A DNA stretch of 64,000 nt, taken from Pecten maximus (taxonomy: Eukaryota). The first letter of the stretch is position 1. Each line of letters starts with the position of its first letter. The stretch covers positions 49,414,001 through 49,478,000 of the forward strand of contig NC_047017.1 in assembly GCF_902652985.1 (NCBI RefSeq). The letters are read 5' to 3'. The notes below the pieces were generated by a model. It saw nothing but the letters and a program-made list of their open reading frames with translations, had not been told where the DNA came from and searched no databases. This document shows positions 1 through 10,932 of this stretch, in pieces. The position numbers and the translations under genes were made by a program.

Positions 1-395
1 TAAACCGAGATATGTAAATCCTTAGTTATAAAATACACTAACAGAGACAGGGACAAATCCCTAGTTATAAAATACACTAACAGAGACATGTAAATCCTTA
101 GTTATAAAATACACTAACAGAGACATGTAAATCCTTAGTTATAAAATACACTAACAGGGACATGTAAATCATTAGTTATAAAATACACTAACAGGGACAT
201 GCAAATTATTTGTTATAAAATACACTAACAGAGACATGTAAATCCTTAGTTATAAAATACACTAACAGAGACGGGGACAAATCCCTAGTTATAAAATACA
301 CTAACAGGGACATGTAAATCCTTAGTTATAAAATACACTAACAGAGACGGGGACAAATCCTTAGTAATACAGTTTATAAACAGAGACATGTAATT
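1..395. repeat. Minisatellite, ~37-41 bp unit (cttagttataaaatacactaacagagacatgtaaatc), truncated by window start
   Basis: About 9-10 head-to-tail copies visible, with small indel variants (…gacagggacaaatcc…). Confidence 0.9.
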
Positions 396-1030
396 AGTTA
401 CATGTAATCTAACGAAGTCGTTACCGAATGCTTATGAATCATAAGCAAACACAGTGTCCTGTCAACATTGTTCAGGGGGTTGAACCCAGGGCTCCCCAAC
501 CCTGGCAATCCCTATATAATGATATATATATATAACAACGGCATAGCTATAATATATTATATCTTAATATATTGATAATGCTGGGGGGATAAAATATCTG
601 TATCCTTAACAAACAAAAAAAAAAAAAAATTAACTTTCTTCTTTTTAAGAACCTCTCAAAGAACCCATGATTTATTTACTAAGTCCAAATCTGATAGACA
701 TTTCAAACAACGGTTATTGTGTTTTATATCAAAAGTACTTATATTAACTTTTGACTTATAGAAAAGAAAGTATTTCCAAGCAAGTATTTACTATAAAATG
801 ACACCATATAGATCGACGCCGAGGTCGACCGGTGCAAGGAAACTGAAATTATTGTGCAAAAACTGTTACATGTACCTGGATTTACAGTTGTCCTGCTTGA
901 AAACCTTTAAACTTGAAAAGCGATCCTAATAAAACACTTTCAGTAAGGGCCCCCTGCATGGACTTTGAGATCTAAGTGATCATAGGCAACCAGCAATTAT
1001 TCCAGGCGACACAGAATCACCCAACCTTAC

Positions 1031-1137
1031 CGACTGTCCCCTGGCCCAGGACTTTGCGTGGGCATCGTACTCTCGGAGGAAAGTCTGGTTATTTCTCTGC
1101 TTCAGGATAAAGTCTCTGTATTGTGAATAGTCAGCAC
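1031..1137 (-). other. Possible exon of an unidentified gene continuing leftwards beyond the window (possible start MPTQSPGPGDS…)
   Basis: GC-richer island in AT-rich DNA. Minus-strand acceptor tttattttag at 1138-1147, ATG at 1065-1063, donor CG|GTAAGG at 1030. No homology recognised. Confidence 0.3.
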
Positions 1138-4100
1138 CTAAAATAAATTTAATGATTTTCGGTAACATGAAATTAAACACAATCAACCAAGGAGGGAGAA
1201 ATGGAGAGGTTTAAACTTGGATATTTGCTTTACATCATATATGTTAGTACATTGTATATCATATTTTTATACATTTGAAGATATCGTACATGCTATACGA
1301 GATATATTCAATATATATGATCGGTATTACTACCTGATTGAGTAATGAGGCGATATCTTTATTAGAATGGGATTATTAGTTGACTCTATGAATTTGCGAT
1401 ATCACCGATTCATTACAATAACGTCACTGAAATATAGAAGAAAGTAAAATGTTGCTCACTATTATGATAATATGTCCTTATTTTGTTATAAATTTAAACC
1501 TTTTTTCGGTATTTGTAACATAGTTAAAGTCAAGTGACCAAACAGAAGGCACCCGAAAAACTGTCGAGTAGCAATTGAGGAAAGAAGCATGACTGCTGCG
1601 TAGTTCTAAAATAAATAAATAAATGAAAAGTGTGGGAAACGACATCCAACCTCTTGTGGGCAAACATTGATTTATAACTCACTGAAACAGTCGAATTCCA
1701 ATCTATTTTCGAAGTTCCTTATTGTTTGGTTAAATTGATTATTATGCATTCCTCCAATGAATTTGGTAGTCTACATCTGAAGTAAACTGAGCGTAAAAGT
1801 CCACGAGTCGTTTGATACAATTTAATGTCATTGATACATTTAGTATTTAGATATTTCCTGATACATTATCTCGTTTTACTCGACAAAACTCTCACTTAAC
1901 AGTAGGTCTAAGGGGACTTGTCTATTGATCTGGATAATCTACCTAAGGATGTTTAAGTTTACCACTATGTACTTGGACAACGAATAAACACACTACAACA
2001 CCAATATATCATACCTACCCACATAAACTGTGAAGACGCACACCAGCAGGACTGAGTACCTCATATTTTAAACTCACTTCAACTGCTCGACATCAAGTTA
2101 TCACTGACTACACTAGTGACGACGGATTTCTGTACAGGTATACAACCCGGTATACACCCTGTCCCCATATATCTCGTGTAGATATCAAACACACATACAT
2201 AGAATATGATATCATAACACCAGATAAACAGTTATCAAATACTGTCACTGATTATTCTATTATCATCTAGCATGCTCAGAGTTCAGGGTGATCCATTTAC
2301 CGACTACAATGTACAGTCAAACGTTCGCAGCAGCAAGTTCTGTACACACTTACCCATGTGTATTACAGATCACATGACGATAATAAGTGTATTGCAGATC
2401 ACATGACGACAATAAGTTATGTCATGTGAGTTCCAAACAATAGAATGCAATACGCTTGTTTATCTATATATATATATTATATAAATAGTATATGATCAAT
2501 TATTCGTATTGGAATTTATCATGTTTTGAAACATATTCGAGGGTTAATTTATAAATTACTTTTATAGTTGTGTATTATGTGAGTGTCGAATAAGTAGGTC
2601 ATTTCTCTACACAATGTAAACATTTACTAAAGGCTTCAAAGTATTTCTGTTTATATAAATTTGGGCTTGACATACACCGTATACACCTACGTTCTTGAAG
2701 TTCTATATCAATTCTGGGGATATTATTTTCGTGTTGTGGAAGAATTTCAGAGTTTTTAAGAAAATGGGTGGAATAATGCTATATATTCTAGAAATTTTCA
2801 GCCAAAATACATGTAAATAATCCCGTAGCGGATCAAAAGTTCGAGTGCGTTTCTCATAGAATGACTTTGACACCACGATCTCCGGTACTGGCTATTTGAC
2901 TAGACAATACACAAAACCGTACTTGTCATGAGTTTGGATGTGTAGGATGAACTTTTAAACAGAAATTGTAGAACAGTTATAGGTTACAGTGTAGAGGAAC
3001 TTATATTCTGTTCCTGTACTGGAAAATAGCTTTAAATCTGCCTCGGCCAAGATGACTTAGTTATAAATCAGTGGGTTTTCATGTACCGGGGTACAGTACA
3101 CACACAATCCAAATCTATGTCACGAATCTAGGTCATATAGTTTTGTCCCTTACAAACACTCGTGATCTGAATTCATCCGAAACCTAAGAACTGATAATGA
3201 CTCGCCTATCAGACTACATTACCTATGAGTTCCTCGTTAATCTGCCAGACTCAATCTTGTCGCGTTACAATTAGAAATAGGGGACGTTGTCATAGCTTAT
3301 ACTTTATCCTGAAAAGTTGAAAATTCTGATACATTGGCGATTGTTTACAAATGTATATCAGCTGTAGATACCATTGTTATGCATTGTTTAAAGTGTCTCT
3401 ACAACACGAGGTTTGTATAGATTATTATTTGCCAGTTCTCAGTAGTAATTAACTTTGCAGACATGAATTATTATATAACTATCGATTGGGAGTTGACCTA
3501 GTTTTCCACGGGATAAACGCAAATGGTCTTTTACCAATGTTCAAAGTGTATTGGAGTTTAGGATCAATTTAGGATAAGTAGTCATTTGTATAGGCCCTTA
3601 ATTTGGCCCCAGATGGCTTTTGATACAAATCCATGTACCAAATTTCGGAGTTGTAACTTGTTGACCATTGGAAAGTCTAATGGTCGACATCATATCATTC
3701 AGAAATATTCTATTTCCTCATGCCATTTTAACTAAGACGTTATTGATACTTGTTGGTATGCCTAAAGCGATTTACAATTGTGACTATGTCCGGATTTTAC
3801 CTAGAGTTTAGCTGGTGTCGTTATGAAGTAGAGGACGCTTGCTCTTCCGGATCAGCTGGTCTAATCATCCTGGTACTTTTTCAGGAGTCTCCGTGCAAAT
3901 CTGTAGTTTTGTTTAAATTCTTTGTTTAATCGACTTTGAGTTATAATTGTGGTTTTGTAAATGTGTTGGTATTCTAGACTGAAATGGGACTCCTGCAAAA
4001 ACACCAGAATTGTGCTCAGGAAAGAGAGAACAGGGTTCATTCCACACAGGTGCGTTGTCAAATGTAACTCAAGGTGTAGTTAATGAGACACACTGAATCC

Positions 4101-5666
4101 CACTGTATATCCTTCTTTTACTGAACCGGTTAGATCTTCACCTTTATCATCAACTTTAAAAGAAGCCCGGCACACGATTCTCGGAATAAATATATTTTGG
4201 AGACAGAACGAGTAATATTTTACACATCCAAGTTAATGAAGACATCTATGTAGAGATTTATTTCGAGTTAATAGTAACGGTCCAAATTGCAGCTGTGGAA
4301 ATCGTTGGGAGAGTACTGATAAGCTCTTCCTTGAATGTAAAATTTATGTTTGATTAAGAATAGAATAATCTTATTTGATTGGTTACAAAGACTTGAATGT
4401 TAACGTTTTAAAAATATTCTTGTATGATAATTAATTTTATGTCTGAAATAATTATAAAAGTCACATCCATCACACCAAGTCCAGTGAAAGATTTATATGT
4501 AGTGTGTAAATATAATCAATTGCTATTGTCTTGGTTCGTAGTTTGTTGTACTGGTTGTAACGTCAGAAGCTTTAATTCTCCTTTTCTCGATCGGTCTTCC
4601 ATTTCATTCCGAGTTAAGTTGCACAAGTTCTACGACACCTTGTATTTATACACTATTGTTAATATGGCTTTCCTTTTCTAATAATTCTGTAGATAGTTTT
4701 TGTCCAATTTAATATAGGACTAATTATCTTTATTTCCTAAATTCGATTCACTTTGTCTTTTGAACTCCTCCGTGTTAGCCTGGTACCCTGATCCAGACAG
4801 CCACCGATGTACCAATTAGGATCAGAGGAAGTACACAATCGATGAAACCGAATGGTTTAGTTTCTTGTCGACACCTTAATTTGTTGATCACCAAAAATAT
4901 CGCTGCATACCCATGGGATTTTTTTTCATGCGAGACTGGTTATATTGAAGAGCTTATTCGAACCGTGCAAAGTCCTTAAACTGATATTACCTTGTGGGAC
5001 CTGGTATCTAAACAGCTAATCTAGTAAGAACTGTGATACAAGCCAATACATTCCTACTATGGCGATATTACAATTATCAAAAGATACTATACATGGCAAG
5101 AAGACTGTTTTAGAAAAAAATGTTTAATCGCCGATTTTGTGGTACAAGATACATATTTCTGAAAAAGGACCCAAACTCACAAGTTTAACAATTTGTCTTA
5201 AACATGTCATTTTTACTATGATCAGATGTCTTAAAAGTATTATTTAGTAGCATTTTTATCGATTTAAATGCCTCCCTTTATGCCTTATTTGTGTATAATA
5301 TTTTTTTTATAATAGTTTTATATCAACCCCGAATCCGCGCTACATGGTGTGATAAAACAATCCAACAACTCGAGTTCGTACCCAAATGTATTAATAAGGG
5401 AATGTTCTACAATCTGCGACATTAAAAATGTATGCTTACATATATGTGCTCCTGTAGAAAGTTTAGTAGACTCAATTTGTAAATGTTTTTACATTAATAA
5501 GCAATTAAGTTTGAATTCATTGCTGATTTGATCTTATCTATTGCCATTTTGAACTTTTCCAGTCGATCACTATTATCTACCCAACCTATAACAGGTAATA
5601 AGAATCATTGTTATGTGAAAATATTTTTCACATGACAATTTATGTATTGTCTTATTATAGAGCACA

Positions 5667-5773
5667 TATCAACCTGTCTTCATGTGAATACGGTGATTAA
5701 TCAATATCAACCCCCGAAAATATCACTTTCACGAGTTGATAAAACACCGCATTCACTTGAAAACATGTCGATA
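5667..5773. mobile_element. Palindromic MITE-like foldback remnant
   Basis: ~38-bp imperfect inverted arms: tatcaacctgtcttcatgtgaatacggtgattaatcaa (5667-5704) and ttgataaaacaccgcattcacttgaaaacatgtcgata (5736-5773). Confidence 0.55.
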
Positions 5774-6073
5774 ATTGTACATTAATTCACGACTGCCATT
5801 TCATTTGAAGGTCAATACATACAAAACGATTGTTCCTATATCGTGTGCTACAGGTGAGCATAAGCATGGCTATTTTCAGCCTTGATTATGTGTCGCAAAC
5901 TAACATTTTTGTATATTACACGACTATCTTTGTGCAAATTTGCAGATCTATATCTATTCATGTTCGAAATTGAACATTACTCTCCTCTATAGATGACCCT
6001 TTCAGCATCAACCTTTACTTAAGCAAGCTGTATGATTTCAATTCTTCCATTGTTATTTTTCTTTCCTAACTCA

Positions 6074-6325
6074 TCCCTGCTTCCTCTACCTCATTGGTCT
6101 ATTGCATTCCTTTATTCCCTGCTTCCCCTACCTCATTGGTCTATTGCATTCCTTTATTCCCTGCTTCCCCTACCTCATTGGTCTATTGCATTCCTTTATT
6201 CCCTGCTTCCCCTACCTCATTGGTCTATTGCATTCCTTTATTCCCTGCTTCCCCTACCTCATTGGTCTATTGCATTCCTTTATTCCCTGCTTCCCCTACC
6301 TCATTGGTCTATTGCATTCCTTTAT
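6074..6325. repeat. 42-bp tandem repeat x6 (tccctgcttcccctacctcattggtctattgcattcctttat)
   Basis: Six near-identical copies; explains the three overlapping repetitive ORFs at 6032-6397. Confidence 0.95.
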
Positions 6326-6559
6326 GAAGTCAGATGTACCCAGTACTTGCTGATGTGTCTAGTGGTTCCGCCGTCACCACCTGGGTTCTCATCTTGAGGA
6401 AGTGACTTATTAACACGGATTTGTGTAGTCGATGAAGACGCTCATTCTTCCGGGACCTCGATGGTACTCTTCTCCACTGAAGTAGTCTCCATGCGAATCT
6501 ATATTGCGTTATATTTTTCCTTCGTTTGATCAATTTTGAGTCAGAATTTCAGTTTACTC

Positions 6560-6650
6560 CATCATTTGATAATGGCGACAGATTATACAAATCCAATTTC
6601 GTCAAAAGCCTACGAGGGACAGTGTCAAATGTCTTCATACATCTATGCAG
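6560..6650 (-). mobile_element. Tiny LINE reverse-transcriptase remnant
   Basis: Translates to KTFDTVPRRLLTKLDLY, resembling the (K)AFDTVPH..LL.KL..YG motif of CR1/L2-clade RTs. Very short. Confidence 0.3.
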
Positions 6651-7699
6651 TGTTTCGTCACTTTTTATATGACTGATTACCGACACTACAAGAGCTTGTT
6701 CTAATTCGATTATCTTCCGATTTGTTGGCACTACAACAGCTTGAATACCATATGAATTCGAAGAAAAACAAAATAGAGTGCATGAAAACACGAAACTTGA
6801 ATGTCGTTGTTGTTTATCCCTGCCACTAGACATTCTTGAGATAGTATACGGGTATCTAGCAGTTAAAGATTACACTGAGGATTACACGAATCCATTCGTG
6901 CATACCTGTTCCCAACTGTCCATACACCTTCTCGTCATGTTTAGTGAATTGTGGGATTAAATACTCCCCAAACTCATTTGTATAAACTTGTGTCAAAGAG
7001 TGCATTGCCTGCTGGTAACTTTTGTTAAACGTGCGCCTTAAACATTGCAACAAACGGGCGTAATTCTTGTTGAGATGTTAAAGCAAGATGTTTGCCCATA
7101 GGATTGATAATTTCAAGATGAATATTTTGTTGTTTTACTAGTACTGTTACCAAGTTTTACTATTTATGCAATTTAACAATATTGACAATTGTTCCTTGTG
7201 TATCAATAAATGACGTACAATTTACATGTTTTGCAATTGCGTAGAAAAAACCCAAAAAGGAGTCATTACATAACCCTAACCCCAACTGAAGAGCGTGTTT
7301 TTGGTATTTGTCGACTGTAAAACAAACCTAGCACAAAAATGATGCTCAATCATTCATGCTTTTTCATCAATGGATGTGGGATGTGTAAAAACTTTTGATT
7401 AGCCAATCACAATGAATCGGCGCACTTTATATAACCAATATTATCCTTTGGTCTGAACCAATTGATTGGTAAATGCCTGGCGTCATCAAGTCCTTCTGGA
7501 GATTTGGCCAGAGGAAACTGTTGAAAAAAATCTTTGAATTCAGTGACAACTACGTGCGTTGGTATCGTCACAAAATGATTTAAATGTCGGCGAATCTTTT
7601 TAAATGCTGCCGTTACCGCTCCTTATTCTACGAGGGCCGAGTGATGTGTTGCATGCGAGACTCGGATTGAAGGATTTGAATTTTGCAGGACATATTGCA

Positions 7700-8775
7700 T
7701 TAATATTCAACATAATCCGCTTCAGTATCTATACACTTTTGCCAACGGTGTTTAAGGGCCTCAATGCCACTTTTATAGAACTCCTTTTTTGGCTGTTCAG
7801 AAAGTCATCCACTGTATGTATGACGTCATCATCGGACTGAAAGTGGGTGCCTGAAATAGCTGTTTTCAAGTTTGGAAATAGATGAAAGTGTGATGGAGCG
7901 AAATCAGGTAATAAGGCGTGCTCAATCAATTTAAAGCCACAATCGTGAATGACAGACGTGTAAACATGAACATTGTCCCGATGGAATAACACACCTTAAG
8001 CGAGCTTTCCGCGTTTAATATTTTCTCGTAACTGCCTCAGAAGTGAAGCATAGTATGTGCCATTGATTGTTCGTCCCTTTTGGAGATAATCTATCAGCAG
8101 AATACCATCTGCATCCTAGAAAACCGAGGCCAAAGCCTTCTCAGCTGATGGAACAGTCTTTGCCTTCTTTGGCGGGGAGAGCAAGTCTACTTCCATTGTT
8201 TCGATTGTTGTTTGGCCTCTGGGGTAAAATGATGGACCCTACTCCTATAACATTAGAGGCCGCATTTTGCCGACTGCGACCTCGTTACTCGGCGCCTGTC
8301 AAAAGTATCTCGCCGTGTAAAATCTCCAACATTGTTGGAGCAGATGGACCCATGTTTTATCCAGAGACAAATCTCTGAAGAAAGTTGGCAGGATCTTCCT
8401 CAAAAAGGTTTATATTAGCAGGCGATAATGTGCGCCCGGTGTGCTTCTGATCATTTGTCATAAGTCTTGGTACCCATCAGGCCGAAATTTCTCATTGCAA
8501 GATCCTCGGTCAGCATGGAATGTATTCTTTACTGTGAAATGCCAAATCTACTAGCTATATTTCTGTGACTCGTCTGTCAGTCATAATAATATCATGAACT
8601 CGATTGACCATTCTGGGGTTGCAATATTGACAGGCCTCGGCCACGCTTAGTTCTGCCAACAACCGTTTCACTGTAGCAGATGAAGGGAATCTTTCCCTAG
8701 TGTTGCCATATCATTATGGATATCCTTAGGTGTTAAACCTTTTTTTATGCATTTTGGATGACTAATTTTGTCCAT
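7700..8775 (-). pseudogene. Mariner transposase pseudogene
   Basis: ATG at 8775 (MDKISH…KGLTPKDIHNDM…), WVH-HFTPEAKQQSKQW, LFHRDNVHV, PDFAPSHFHLFPNLK (YSPDLAPSD-like), C-terminal KCIDTEADYVEY* (TAA 7700-7702). Multiple frameshifts and stops. Confidence 0.9.
8240..8342. mobile_element. 103-bp MITE-like insertion with 9-bp TSD inside the transposase
   Basis: gatggaccc duplicated at 8231-8239 and 8343-8351. Removing the insert restores TWVH-HFTPE. Imperfect terminal inverted repeats and a terminal palindrome ctccaacattgttggag. Confidence 0.8.
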
Positions 8776-8867
8776 TTTGCAAAAGCCGTTTGTCTTGTTT
8801 ACACTAACCGAATGAGACAAGTCCTTGGGCACACAGTCCTATATAGTCAGAGGATAATAGGATTTAT

Positions 8868-9456
8868 CAAGAGGCCCAAGGACCTTAACGGTCATCTGAT
8901 AATAAATTAAAGACCCTTACACTATTGTAGTATGCATTCTCTGTAGCAAGTATAGTGGCACTGTTGGCAATGGTGGCCATCTTGGAAAAATAACAACACT
9001 TGATCAAGACTATCTCAGAATCATTTCTGGTAAGCTAGAGCTGAATCCCACTGGTGGAATTTGAGAAGAAAGTGAAATACGTGTTGTTCAGGAAAACCAT
9101 GATTGCACAATCATGTTACAAAATGGCCGCCGTGGCTGCCATGTCAAAGTTTTTACGAGGCCGAAAAATAACAACACTTTGTGAGCTCTCCTTCCTTAAC
9201 ATCCTCACCAATTTTCAGCTCTATGGCACCAGTGGAACTGGAGAAGTTTAAAATGTGTTTTCAAGATGGCTGCCATAGCGGCCATCTTGGATTTCTGACC
9301 GACCTGAAAAATAACAACACTTGGTAAGGACCATCTCAAGATCATTTCAGCTGAATCCTACCATTTGAATTTGAGAAGAAGTTTGAAATGTGAAAAGTTT
9401 ACGCACGGCGGACGATGACGGACAAAGCATGATGACTATAGGTCATCTGACCCTTA
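8868..9456. mobile_element. Helentron-associated non-autonomous element (HINE/pearl-like), degenerate, inserted in the mariner 5' region
   Basis: caagaggcccaaggaccttaacggtcatctga end, ~150-bp internal repeats (aaaataacaacactt…), ggacg-type microsatellite remnant, ataggtcatctgacc end. Confidence 0.7.
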
Positions 9457-10810
9457 AAAAGAACATCCTTGAGTACTTCCTTCAATTCGAGGCTTACAAC
9501 ATATCGATCATCCCTTGTATATACATATTTGCAACATCGCGAGAAAATACCACTGCATGACATTTATACATTAAATAGATTTTCTTTGATGTACATGTAG
9601 GTCAAAGGTCAAAATACATGCGAGAGTGGCCTACTTTTGACATGACACACCGTCTCGGTGAGGTGCCAAACCCATGACTCAGACCCTTCTTTTGTAGTCA
9701 AAGGTCAAATTGTACCTTAGATTGACGTACATTTAATACCGCTACTCAACACACATGTACAACTACACTTGGGTGAATACATGCCTTAGTATGGAAATAA
9801 ATCCTGGACTAACGTTTTCTATGATGAAGGTCAAAGTAAAGTGTTAAATTGAAAGTCAGTGACTAAATGGTATTGGATACACAACACTGCCAACACATGT
9901 CCCAAGTATGAAGTTCCAGTGATAAGGGTAGGAGATACAGCCTAGACGAGTTTTTTTTTATGTAGGTTGGAAGGTCAGAGTGACCCACTTTTGATTCATG
10001 ACACACCGCCTCGCTTAGGTCAGGTGAAAACATAGCCCAAATATCAAGTTCCAGTGGCAAATAGTACAGGACAGGGGAGACGGACACAATGCAAAGCTCC
10101 CTTTCCCTCTGTTCAGGTAATCCCAGTGAGGAACCGTCTAAATTCATACAGAATGACAGCTTTTCGGGTCCCTGTATTCAATTTTTATTCAATTGCAATA
10201 TTGTTACTGTAAATCTGTCTTCAAACAATGAAACAGCAGGGAAGGGAGATAGTTTGGCATCACAGTATATATACAAGAGAAACAAAATACATTATTCAAC
10301 TTTAATACATCCATCAACATGAACACTACCAGCTATGTCATAACCATCAAATCAATATAATGGAATCTACCTTCTTGTCTCGGAATATATTATTCACATC
10401 TCTGACACCAAATGCATATATATCATTGTCTGTCTTATGAAATCAAATGACGATATATTACTATATTGCTTTTAGCAAACTAATACACCTTTCTAATTTT
10501 ATTACTAATTTACAAATGAAATCAGCATAAATTAAAAGAAATCTGCTTTTCCCTGTCAGCACCGACTTTGATTTCACCCTATATTATTCTGTCCTTTCTT
10601 CACGACGCCTTTCTGCATACTTACTACCACTGCCTCTCATTACAAGTTCAGCTTTGTCTGCCTCTCCACTGCTGGTTCAGCACCATGAAAAAGTACAAAC
10701 TAAACTGCTATCAAGAGTTCAAATGTGTACTACAGTAGCTCCATATTTCAATTAACAATGACATACGTACAGGTCTCACAGAAAATATAAACAAAATTGA
10801 AATATGTACA

Positions 10811-10932
10811 AAAACCATACAAAATTTACAATATTCGAATTGTTAAAATCAAACCAATTTTATATGACTTAAAACCATACAAAATTTACAATATTCGAAT
10901 TGTTAAAATCAAACCAATTTTATATGACTTAA
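10811..10932. repeat. Perfect 60-bp tandem duplication
   Basis: aaaaccatacaaaatttacaatattcgaattgttaaaatcaaaccaattttatatgactt occurs twice. Confidence 0.9.

Larger units (their letters stand above)
7629..9519 (-). mobile_element. Degenerate Tc1/mariner (mariner, irritans/Hsmar2-like) DNA transposon with two nested insertions
   Basis: Imperfect ~28-bp TIRs with TA flanks: TA-cgagggccgagtgatgtgttgcatgc (7629…) and gcttacaacatatcgatcatcccttg-TA (…9519). Encloses a frameshifted transposase. Confidence 0.85.

Noticed and set aside
6032-6397. 121-aa repetitive membrane-like ORF
   Set aside because: Product of a 42-bp tandem repeat open in all three frames.
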